This document shows, piece by piece, positions 1-7,205 of a DNA stretch of 36,164 bases. Under the pieces are notes generated by a model. That model was not told the origin of the DNA. It was given only the letters and a program-made list of their open reading frames with translations, and did no database searches. A program made the position numbers and the translations under genes. Source of the DNA: Candidatus Eiseniibacteriota bacterium (lineage in GTDB: Bacteria; Eisenbacteria; RBG-16-71-46); the NCBI GenBank assembly GCA_031364845.1, contig JANLWX010000060.1, positions 1-36,164 of the forward strand, in the 5' to 3' direction. The number at the start of each line of letters is the position of its first letter. Position 1 is the first letter of the stretch.

Positions 1-238
1 CCACTACACCAACATCCGCCGCCCCGCTCCCAACAGTCCCTGGGCGCGCACGAAGACCCTCAACCTCCCGCCCAGACCGGCGCGGGCAGAGCGGACATAA
101 TCACTTGGCAGTTAGGCGGACATAATTACGTTGCAGCGACAGACCACGATCTATCCGCCTGAGACCACTCCCGGGGCGCGATCGGACCGGCCCCGGACCG
201 GGAGCGGGGGCCGGGAGACCGGGGCAGGCGATTCGCAC

Positions 239-266
239 TATAGATCCGTGCGAATTGCGCCGATCC
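239..266 (+). promoter_or_regulatory. Candidate sigma-28 promoter upstream of the 392 gene
   Basis: TATAG-N15-GCCGATCC vs FliA/SigD/WhiG consensus TAAAG-N14/15-GCCGATAA; same spacing as the sites at 879, 3975 and 6668. Confidence 0.4.
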
Positions 267-391
267 TCCCAGGGATTCGAGGAGCGTGTTCTCCGAGAAC
301 GGCGCCGCCTTGCGATGTTCCGATCCCGAACCCGACATCACCGCATGCGGAAACGACGGTGAGCGCGAGTCTTTCAACCCTGGAGGTCGCC

Positions 392-793
392 ATGCCCAGT
401 CAGAAGCTGGTTCGCTGCCAGATCCGTCCCAACGACGGTCGTGAGCAGGTCACCCCGCGCTTCGTTCCGCTCGAGATCTTCGGTCTGTGGGAATTCCTGA
501 TGAAGCAGAAGCACGGCTTCGATGTCGTCGACGCCCGCGCCTCGCTGTGGCTCGACATGGAGGATTCGCCCGAGGCCGCCTACGACGACAGCCAGTACGA
601 ACGCGTCACCGAAGTCACGGCGTTCGTCTACTCGGGCCGCGACGAAATGTTCACCCGCGCGTGCCGCTACTTTCCGACCGATCAGTGCGAGCACTTGAAG
701 GAGATCTTCCTCAAACATTACGAGGGCGATCTGATGAAGACGCAGGTTCGCGAACGGCAGGGCATCTGGTTGCACCGCGAACTGCCGGCGTGA
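392..793 (+). CDS. Hypothetical protein, 133 aa (MPSQKLVRCQ...RELPA)
   Basis: GGAGGT SD at 382-387 before ATG 392; strong GC3 codon bias; protein-like composition; no recognisable family. Confidence 0.8.
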   Translation: MPSQKLVRCQIRPNDGREQVTPRFVPLEIFGLWEFLMKQKHGFDVVDARASLWLDMEDSPEAAYDDSQYERVTEVTAFVYSGRDEMFTRACRYFPTDQCEHLKEIFLKHYEGDLMKTQVRERQGIWLHRELPA

Positions 794-878
794 CCTTCGG
801 GCAGCGCGTTCGGACTTCTACGATTTGCCGCGATCCCTCGCGGACGCATCGACGAGTGCGCCTCAAAACAATCTCCCG

Positions 879-906
879 TTCAGGTCTCCCGAACCGGGGC
901 CGATAC
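879..906 (+). promoter_or_regulatory. Candidate sigma-28 promoter upstream of the mglA-like gene
   Basis: TTCAG-N15-GCCGATAC; both boxes and the spacing are identical to the site upstream of csrA. Confidence 0.6.
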
Positions 907-1155
907 AGGTGCTGGAGTGGGTGGCCAGAAGCAACCCGAGTGGCCCGATTCTCGAAAGCCGGCACGTCCGATGAGACGACGGCGGCGGGAATCGCGACCC
1001 CATCCGGTGCGAGGGATTCTCCGGCAAGCGTGCTTCGGCATTGCGGATGGAGGTCTGTCGTCACCTTCGAAGTTCCCTTTGGAGAAAGGGCGGCAAGGGG
1101 CTCCATGGGGTTCGGCTTCGTGACAGGTTGGGGTCGCTTCTAGGAGGTATCGAGC

Positions 1156-2322
1156 GTGGTCGTCGTCAGTTATTCGGGCAAAGAGATCAACGCGAAGCTC
1201 GTGTACTACGGCGCCGGGTTGAGCGGGAAGACCACGAACCTCGAATCGATCTTCGAGGCGGTTCCCGACACCAGCCGCGGCAAGATGGTCAGCATGAAGA
1301 CGCAGTCCGACCGGACGCTGTTCTTCGACCTGTTGCCGCTCGATCTGGGCGAGATCATGGGCTTCAAGACCCGTTTCCTGCTCTACACGGTTCCCGGCCA
1401 GGTGTTCTACAACGCCACCCGCAAGCTCGTGTTGAAAGGCGCCGACGCTGTCGTGTTCGTCGCCGATTCCGAGATCGGGAAGATGGACGAGAACCTCGAG
1501 AGCCTCGGAAATCTGCGCGCGAATCTGGCGGAGTACGGGGTCAAGCTCGAAGAGATCCCGATCGTGCTCCAGTACAACAAGCGCGATCTCGAGAACAAGT
1601 ACTCCGTCGAAGAATTGAATGCGGCGCTCAACCCGGAGGGAACGATTCCGTGGTTCGAGGCAGTCGCAAGTCAGAGCAAGGGCGTATTCGAGACGTTCCG
1701 CGGGGTCTCCCATCTGCTGATGGAGAAGGTCACGAAGGATCTGCGCCGCACTCCGCTCTCGACGACCGGACGCACGCCGCGCGCCACCGAGGCCGCAGCT
1801 GCGGCAGCGGCGCCCGCGCCCGCGCACAATCCGCTCAGCCTGCCCAACATCTCGGCGATCCCGCTGCCTCCGAACCATGCATCGATCTCGGCGCCGCCGA
1901 ATGCGTCGGACGTGCCTGCGCTCGAGTTCGGACGCGAGGTGAGCCTGCCGCAGGAGGCGCTCGGCGCCGCGGAAGATCCCGCTCCAGCACTAAGGCGGCC
2001 CGAGCCCGCGTTGTCCTCGGCGGTGGAGCGCAAGGATTCGGACTCGCGTCCGCACCCGGTGCTCACGCCGGTGACGACGATCGCGGCGACGGCTCATGCA
2101 ATGAAGTCCGAACCCGCGCACCATTCCAGCGTCCACGCGACCATCGAAACGGAAGCGGCATCGTCCCGCGTGCGTCCGGGCTTGAAGCCGTCCGAGCCGG
2201 TGACCCTGTCGCCCGCCACGGAGGGACTCGACGGAGTGGTCGAGGCGGTGCTGCCCGTCACGGTGACACGCGGTGGAACGCGCGAGATTCTTCTGAGAAT
2301 CGTGATCACCGACCGCGAGTGA
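1156..2322 (+). CDS. mglA: MglA-family small GTPase with long Ala/Pro-rich C-terminal extension
   Basis: EINAKLVYYGAGLSGKTTN (G1), RTLFFDLLPLDLG (G2), LYTVPGQVFYNATRKLVLKGAD (G3), LQYNKRD (G4); SD AGGAGG at 1142-1147, GTG start. Confidence 0.9.
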   Translation: MVVVSYSGKEINAKLVYYGAGLSGKTTNLESIFEAVPDTSRGKMVSMKTQSDRTLFFDLLPLDLGEIMGFKTRFLLYTVPGQVFYNATRKLVLKGADAVVFVADSEIGKMDENLESLGNLRANLAEYGVKLEEIPIVLQYNKRDLENKYSVEELNAALNPEGTIPWFEAVASQSKGVFETFRGVSHLLMEKVTKDLRRTPLSTTGRTPRATEAAAAAAAPAPAHNPLSLPNISAIPLPPNHASISAPPNASDVPALEFGREVSLPQEALGAAEDPAPALRRPEPALSSAVERKDSDSRPHPVLTPVTTIAATAHAMKSEPAHHSSVHATIETEAASSRVRPGLKPSEPVTLSPATEGLDGVVEAVLPVTVTRGGTREILLRIVITDRE

Positions 2323-2378
2323 CACGGCGGCGATCCTGTTCCGAAGACGTCAGGTTTCAGGTGCCCGCGTGTGGAGCA

Positions 2379-2407
2379 TTGACACGTGCCTCCGGCCTGC
2401 CTACGAT
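2379..2407 (+). promoter_or_regulatory. Sigma-70-type promoter
   Basis: TTGACA (2379-2384)-N17-TACGAT (2402-2407); ATG 2417 follows 9 nt after the -10 box with no SD. Confidence 0.65.
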
Positions 2408-2416
2408 CCCTCCCAT

Positions 2417-2884
2417 ATGAACGCCTCGCGCACGTTTGCCCTGCTCGGTTTCGTGGCCGCTCTCGCGGTCGCGACATCTGCTTCCGCCGGAACGCTCGGC
2501 GGCAACTCCGGAATTGGCAGCTACGAGCCTCGTGTCCCCGTCAGCGCGCTCGCGCGACCGATGGTGGGATTCGATCCATCGCGGCTTCACTTCTCGACCA
2601 CCGTCAGCGTCGGCACCGGTTTCGGTGGACGCTCCGAGGGGCTTCAGGTTTCGCGCCTCAGCTATGATTTTGGCGCGCCGCTCTCGATGAGCGTGAGCCT
2701 CGGCAACGCGTTCGGTTCCGGCCGCAGCCGCGGCGGCAATCCGTTCTTCCTCGAGGGCTTCGATGTCGCGTGGCGCCCGAACGCCAACACGGTGTTCCAG
2801 GTGCGCTACCAGGACATGCGCTCGCCGCTCCAGTACCGCACGTACGGGAACTCCGGGTTCGACCCGGCCTACTTCGCGCGTTGA
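2417..2884 (+). CDS. Hypothetical exported protein, beta-strand rich
   Basis: Signal-peptide-like N-terminus (MNASRTFALLGFVAALAVATSASA); alternating amphipathic strands (LSYDFGAPLSMSVSLGN, FDVAWRPN, VFQVRYQD). Confidence 0.75.
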   Translation: MNASRTFALLGFVAALAVATSASAGTLGGNSGIGSYEPRVPVSALARPMVGFDPSRLHFSTTVSVGTGFGGRSEGLQVSRLSYDFGAPLSMSVSLGNAFGSGRSRGGNPFFLEGFDVAWRPNANTVFQVRYQDMRSPLQYRTYGNSGFDPAYFAR

Positions 2885-2930
2885 GCGCGGGCAGCCGTCC
2901 GCCGCTGCGCCGTTCCTCTCCGCTGATCCC

Positions 2931-3713
2931 ATGAGCCGCCTCGCCGCCGCGTTCGATACCGCGCGCGGCCACACGGGTCTCATTCCGTTCCTCACTGCCG
3001 GCTATCCGTCGCTCGAAGCTTCGCTCGAACTCATGCGACGGTTCGATCGCGCCGGCGTCCTCGCGATCGAGCTCGGCATTCCGTTCTCCGATCCGATCGC
3101 CGACGGCGCCGAAATCCAGCGCGCCTCCGAGTGGGCGGTGCGGCAGGGTGTGGGCATGTCCGATGCACACGACCTCGTGACCGAGTTCCGCCGCGATTCC
3201 AAGACTCCGGTGGTCGTCATGTCGTACGCGAATCCGATCGTGTGCATGGGGGTCGAGTCGTTCGCCGCGCGCGCCGCCGCGGCCGGTGTCGACGGCGTGC
3301 TGATCTCGGACTTGCCGGTCGACGAATCGCCCGCGCTGTGGGCGGCCATGGACTCAGCCGGTCTCGATACCGTGGCGCTCGTGGCGCCCACCACGCCCGC
3401 TGCGCGGCTGCCCGGAATCCTCGCGCGCTGTCGCGGCTTCGTCTATTGCCTCGCGCGCACCGGGGTCACCGGTCGCTCGAGCGGATTCGCCGGCGGGTTG
3501 ACCGAGCGCATCGCCGGACTGCGCGCCGCCACCAAGCTGCCCGTCGCCGTCGGATTCGGAATCTCGACCCCGCAGGACGCGCAAGCACTGCGCGGCGAAG
3601 CCGACGCCGTGATCGTGGGCGCCGCATTCATGCGCGCGATCGCCCAGGATCCCGAGCGAGGCGCCGTCGATCGTGCCTCAACGCTCGCCGAACAGATCAT
3701 CGCCGCGCTCTAA
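2931..3713 (+). CDS. trpA: Tryptophan synthase alpha subunit
   Basis: LIPFLTAGYP, IELGIPFSDPIADG (catalytic Glu/Asp), LVAPTT, GFVYCLARTGVTG, VAVGFGIS, DAVIVG. Confidence 0.95.
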   Translation: MSRLAAAFDTARGHTGLIPFLTAGYPSLEASLELMRRFDRAGVLAIELGIPFSDPIADGAEIQRASEWAVRQGVGMSDAHDLVTEFRRDSKTPVVVMSYANPIVCMGVESFAARAAAAGVDGVLISDLPVDESPALWAAMDSAGLDTVALVAPTTPAARLPGILARCRGFVYCLARTGVTGRSSGFAGGLTERIAGLRAATKLPVAVGFGISTPQDAQALRGEADAVIVGAAFMRAIAQDPERGAVDRASTLAEQIIAAL

Positions 3714-3715
3714 TT

Positions 3716-3732
3716 CCGGGAGACCCTCCCGG
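3716..3732. terminator. Hairpin just after trpA, possibly bidirectional
   Basis: CCGGGAG-ACC-CTCCCGG 7-bp stem; no clear U-tract on either strand. Confidence 0.35.
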
Positions 3733-3970
3733 CAAGCCCCGCCGCTTCGCGGCCGGACATTCACCGGAAGAGTCGTCACCCGGAGGATGTGGAGGACGTC
3801 CCGATCAGCGACGGATCCACCACAGGAGATCGAGCAAGAGCACCGTCAGAGCAAGCTCCACGGTCATCCCCGATCGTTGGGCGCGCATCCGTTGCGCGGT
3901 CAACCGACGGCCACGACCACCCGTGGGTTGGCATCGCGGGCGGGGAAGGCGGCGATCTGTCGCCTCACCC

Positions 3971-6448
3971 CTAAGTGTCGGTCGCGAGACGCGGCCACTT
4001 GAGCACCGTTTTCGCCGAGGCGGCGGGTTCCGCGACCGCGCCCGTGAGCTGGCGCAGCACGACCACGGTGACGTCGTCGAGCGGCCGGTCGGTGAACGCC
4101 CGCACTTCCTCGAGCAGCGCTTCGAGAATGTCGGCCGCGCGGCGCCCGGAGTGCATGTCGAGCACGCGCCGCACACCCTCGACGCCGAACAGCTCGTCGC
4201 CGCGACGCGCTTCGGTCAGCCCGTCGGTATAGATCACCACCAGGTCGCCGGCGCCGAGCACCACGCATTCGTCGGGATAGGAAGCACGCAGGCTCACACC
4301 GAGCAGCACACCGCTCGCGGTCAGCTCTTCGCACGTGCCGTCGCGGCGCCGCAGGAGCGGAGGGGTGAGGCCGGCGTTGGCGAAACACAGCCGCCCGCTG
4401 CGCACTTCGAAGCGCGCGCACAGCAGGCCGACGAATTTTTCCGGTTGATCGAGTCCGACCAGTTCGCGGTTGAGCGCATCGAGCAGTTGTCCCGGCGTGC
4501 GCCCTTTGTGGGCTTCGGTGCGGAAGCGGGCCTGAACGCCGGCCAGCAGCAGTGCCGCGGGAATGCCTTTGCCGGCGGCGTCGCCGACCGCCAGCGTGAA
4601 GTCGCGGCCCGGCCCTTCGACGAAGTCGTAGTAGTCGCCGCCCACGCTCTCGCTCGACAGCGCCGCGGCCGCGCAGTCGAGTGTGGGGAACACCGGCGCG
4701 CGGCGCGGCAGCAGATGCGCCTGGATGGCTCCCGCCTCGCGCAGCTCGCGGTCGAGATGGAGCCGTCCGTGCGCCTCGCGGCGCAACGCCGCGTTCTCGA
4801 GCATGACTTCGAGGTGTTCGGCGAAGCGCTCGAGCTCGAACACCTCGTGGCGCGCGAGCCACGAACCGGCGAGCCGGCTTCCGAGCAGCGCGACCGCGCG
4901 CACCGGCTCGTGGCCGATCGGCAGCACCCACCGCACGCCGGCGCGCTCGAGCGTGCCGTGGACATCGGCCGGAAAGCCGACGCGGTCCAATCCGCGCACG
5001 CCGTCGAACTCCAGCGGCCCAGTATCGATCCGCGGCAGACCGGGAGGGGCGAGCGCTCCGAGCGTTCCCACGAATGCGACCACCGGTGCACGCGACGCTT
5101 CGAGCGTCACGAATCCGCAGCCGTCGAGACGCAGCGCACGCATCATCGAGCTGCATGCGTCCTGGAGCACTCGCTCCAGCGATTGCCCCGAGAGTCCGGG
5201 TTCACGTGAGACCCAGGCGGCGAGCGAGATCGCGTCGGGTTGCCGCTCGGGGATCACGCGGCTGCCGAACGATCGCAGCCACGGGGCGATCGGCCCGGCG
5301 ACACACGCGCTCAGGGTCAGCAGCGCGAGGGCCGCGCCCGCGATGCCGGTTCCCAGTTCGGGCCACCACGTGGCGGCCACCGTCTCGCCGGCCACATAGA
5401 GCGCGCTGCCGAACGCCGCGAGCAGCACCATCACGAAACCGATGCGCAGCGCGACGCGGAAGTCGAACACCGCATGCACCACCGCGGCCCACGCGAACGA
5501 AGCCGGCACCAGCAGCGTGAGCAGCACGACCGCGCCCTCGCCGGGCAGCGACACCGCCGGGGAGAGGTTGCGGATCACGATGAACGCGGCGAGCGGCCCG
5601 ACTCCGAGCACGGTTCCCACGAACGCGACCCGCAGGCGGCGGCGTGTGTCGCCCGGAATTCCGCCGCGGAACGCCGTCGCGAACAGCACGAACGCCGCGA
5701 ACAGCCCGGCGCCGAACCACAGCGCGGCGGCGGTCTGCAGCCCGAGGGCGATGCCGGCGCTCGCCTGGCCGGGCCGCGGTTCGAATTGCACCGCGAGCGA
5801 GGCGAGGAACAACGCGGTGCTGACCACATATCCGCCGCGCACCAGCGAGCGCACGCCACCGCGAGGCGAGCGGTCGGGGAACAGCGCGAAGAAGTGGATG
5901 AACAGCGCGGGCAGATAGACCGTCACGCCCGACAGCACCACTTCGAACGCGGCCGCCGCCGGGCCGAAGTTCCACAGCGGGAACGGAGCCAGCAGCCACG
6001 CGAAGCTCAGACACAAGAGCAGGAACGTGCGCGTCAGCGGATCGCGGCGCTCGCTCCACACCCAGCCTCCGAGCAGCACGAAGCCCGAAGCCACGAGCAG
6101 CAGCGCCGCCATCATGCGCCGGTCGCCGCCCGGCAGCGGCTCGGGAACCAGCCACAGCGACCGACGCACGCCGTTGCGGTCGATCGTCAGCGAAAGCGGG
6201 CGGCCGGGAGCGGCACCCGTGGCGAGCGACGTGTTGCGGCGGGGGGTGCCTGGTGCCGCGACCAGGCGGTCGCCGGGGCGCGCGCCCGCGCGCGCGGCAG
6301 GAGAGCCAGGCAGGACCGAGATCACCTCGGCGTCGCGCTGCACCAGCCCGGTGTAGGGACGGCGGGGAAGACTCACCGCGGACAGCACGAGCAGTGCCGC
6401 CACCGGCACCAGCAGCCATGAGAACAACGAGGACGCGCTGCGGTCCAT
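3971..6448 (-). CDS. Membrane-bound SpoIIE/RsbU-type PP2C phosphatase (PDZ, multiple TM helices, GAF-like, PP2C)
   Basis: PDZ-like VISVLPGSPAARAGARPGDRL; many hydrophobic segments; PP2C motifs VGGDYYDF, AVGDAAGKG, ANAG, YTDGLTEA, DDVTVVV; GGGAG upstream of ATG 6448. Confidence 0.9.
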   Translation of the reverse strand: MDRSASSLFSWLLVPVAALLVLSAVSLPRRPYTGLVQRDAEVISVLPGSPAARAGARPGDRLVAAPGTPRRNTSLATGAAPGRPLSLTIDRNGVRRSLWLVPEPLPGGDRRMMAALLLVASGFVLLGGWVWSERRDPLTRTFLLLCLSFAWLLAPFPLWNFGPAAAAFEVVLSGVTVYLPALFIHFFALFPDRSPRGGVRSLVRGGYVVSTALFLASLAVQFEPRPGQASAGIALGLQTAAALWFGAGLFAAFVLFATAFRGGIPGDTRRRLRVAFVGTVLGVGPLAAFIVIRNLSPAVSLPGEGAVVLLTLLVPASFAWAAVVHAVFDFRVALRIGFVMVLLAAFGSALYVAGETVAATWWPELGTGIAGAALALLTLSACVAGPIAPWLRSFGSRVIPERQPDAISLAAWVSREPGLSGQSLERVLQDACSSMMRALRLDGCGFVTLEASRAPVVAFVGTLGALAPPGLPRIDTGPLEFDGVRGLDRVGFPADVHGTLERAGVRWVLPIGHEPVRAVALLGSRLAGSWLARHEVFELERFAEHLEVMLENAALRREAHGRLHLDRELREAGAIQAHLLPRRAPVFPTLDCAAAALSSESVGGDYYDFVEGPGRDFTLAVGDAAGKGIPAALLLAGVQARFRTEAHKGRTPGQLLDALNRELVGLDQPEKFVGLLCARFEVRSGRLCFANAGLTPPLLRRRDGTCEELTASGVLLGVSLRASYPDECVVLGAGDLVVIYTDGLTEARRGDELFGVEGVRRVLDMHSGRRAADILEALLEEVRAFTDRPLDDVTVVVLRQLTGAVAEPAASAKTVLKWPRLATDT
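3975..4002 (-). promoter_or_regulatory. Candidate sigma-28 promoter inside the 3' end of the PP2C gene, facing the 3714-3970 intergenic region
   Basis: Minus strand TCAAG-N15-ACCGACAC. Confidence 0.4.
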
Positions 6449-6667
6449 GCACTCTCCCGATCCTCGTGCGAATCCGGAACCAAATCGCGCCGGCAGGAAC
6501 ATCGATCCGTGAGGACTTCCTGCGCGCGTTCCCGCCCCGCGATTTGCCCATCCTGAGACGCAGGCTCCACCCGTCCGGCGGGAGAGTCAAGATCGGATCG
6601 CGGGCCGTGATTCAGCGTCCCGATCGGGGACGGCGTTGATGGACAATGACATTCAGGCTATTCTCAC

Positions 6668-6695
6668 TTCAGCCGCGTGGAACTTTGGCCGATAC
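6668..6695 (+). promoter_or_regulatory. Candidate sigma-28 promoter for csrA-flgM
   Basis: TTCAG-N15-GCCGATAC about 50 nt upstream of the csrA ATG; flgM is a classic sigma-28 target. Confidence 0.65.
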
Positions 6696-6746
6696 GCTGA
6701 TCGTCGGGGAGAGGGTCCTCGACGCCGGAGCGGAGGAAGCTGGACG

Positions 6747-6974
6747 ATGCTGGTCCTAACAAGGAAGTTAGGCGAGAACATCCGAATCGGTGATTCGGTC
6801 AAGATCACCGTGCTCGAGGTGAGGTCCGGCCAGGTCAAACTCGGCATCGAGGCTCCGCCCGAAATCAAAGTCCACCGCGAAGAGATCTATGCCCGCATCC
6901 AAGAAGAAAACCGTCGCTCGCAAGGCAAAGGCGAAACGCCCGGCCCTGCGCGTGATCCGAACGAAACCAAGTAG
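6747..6974 (+). CDS. csrA: Carbon storage regulator CsrA/RsmA
   Basis: [62 protein letters not shown]. Confidence 0.97.
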   Translation: MLVLTRKLGENIRIGDSVKITVLEVRSGQVKLGIEAPPEIKVHREEIYARIQEENRRSQGKGETPGPARDPNETK

Positions 6975-7110
6975 CTCCGGCGCGCCGGAGCGCGTTCGCT
7001 GGTCCAAGGTCGTCACCGCGCAGACGCGTATTGCGGATGGCTACTACGACCGCGACGAAGTGCGCGAGCAACTGCTCAGCCAGGTGTTGAACGAATTGCT
7101 CCAGCACTGA
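6889..7110 (+). CDS. flgM: FlgM-like anti-sigma-28 factor, overlapping the 3' end of csrA
   Basis: C-terminal [19 protein letters not shown] matches the FlgM core pattern (R..KV...K..I..G.Y..D); small size; fliA nearby; followed by a terminator. Alternative start GTG 6952. Confidence 0.65.
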   Translation: MPASKKKTVARKAKAKRPALRVIRTKPSSSGAPERVRWSKVVTAQTRIADGYYDRDEVREQLLSQVLNELLQH

Positions 7111-7134
7111 CGCCTGAGTCGTGCGTGTGTGCAG

Positions 7135-7158
7135 GCCCGCCCTTCGGGGCGGGCTTTC
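7135..7158 (+). terminator. Rho-independent terminator after csrA-flgM
   Basis: GCCCGCCC-TTCG-GGGCGGGC-TTTC. Confidence 0.75.
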
Positions 7159-7205
7159 GCATATGCGCCGGGTTTGCGATACTGCGGCACTCCTATGGTG
7201 ACCCC

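Noticed and set aside
1..120. Integron attC site (GTTAGGC core at 111-117)
   Set aside because: No properly matching RYYYAAC inverse core or extended palindrome, and no integrase or cassette array in the window
907..1140. c-di-GMP riboswitch or the 68-aa ORF 917-1123 in the mglA leader
   Set aside because: No GEMM core motifs recognised; the ORF has no SD or protein-like features
3131..5209. Long alternative-frame ORFs (e.g. 3131-5209, 7044-8660, 8284-10038, 21088-22881, 24278-26146)
   Set aside because: Arg/Ala-rich shadow ORFs typical of high-GC DNA, overlapping well-supported genes
6686..6700. Sigma-54 promoter upstream of csrA (TGGCCGATACGCTGA)
   Set aside because: The -12 position is GA rather than GC; the sequence is better explained as a sigma-28 -10 box
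7155..7182. Fifth sigma-28-like site upstream of the kinase (TTTCG-N15-TGCGATAC)
   Set aside because: Both boxes deviate from the other four, and the -35 overlaps the terminator U-tract
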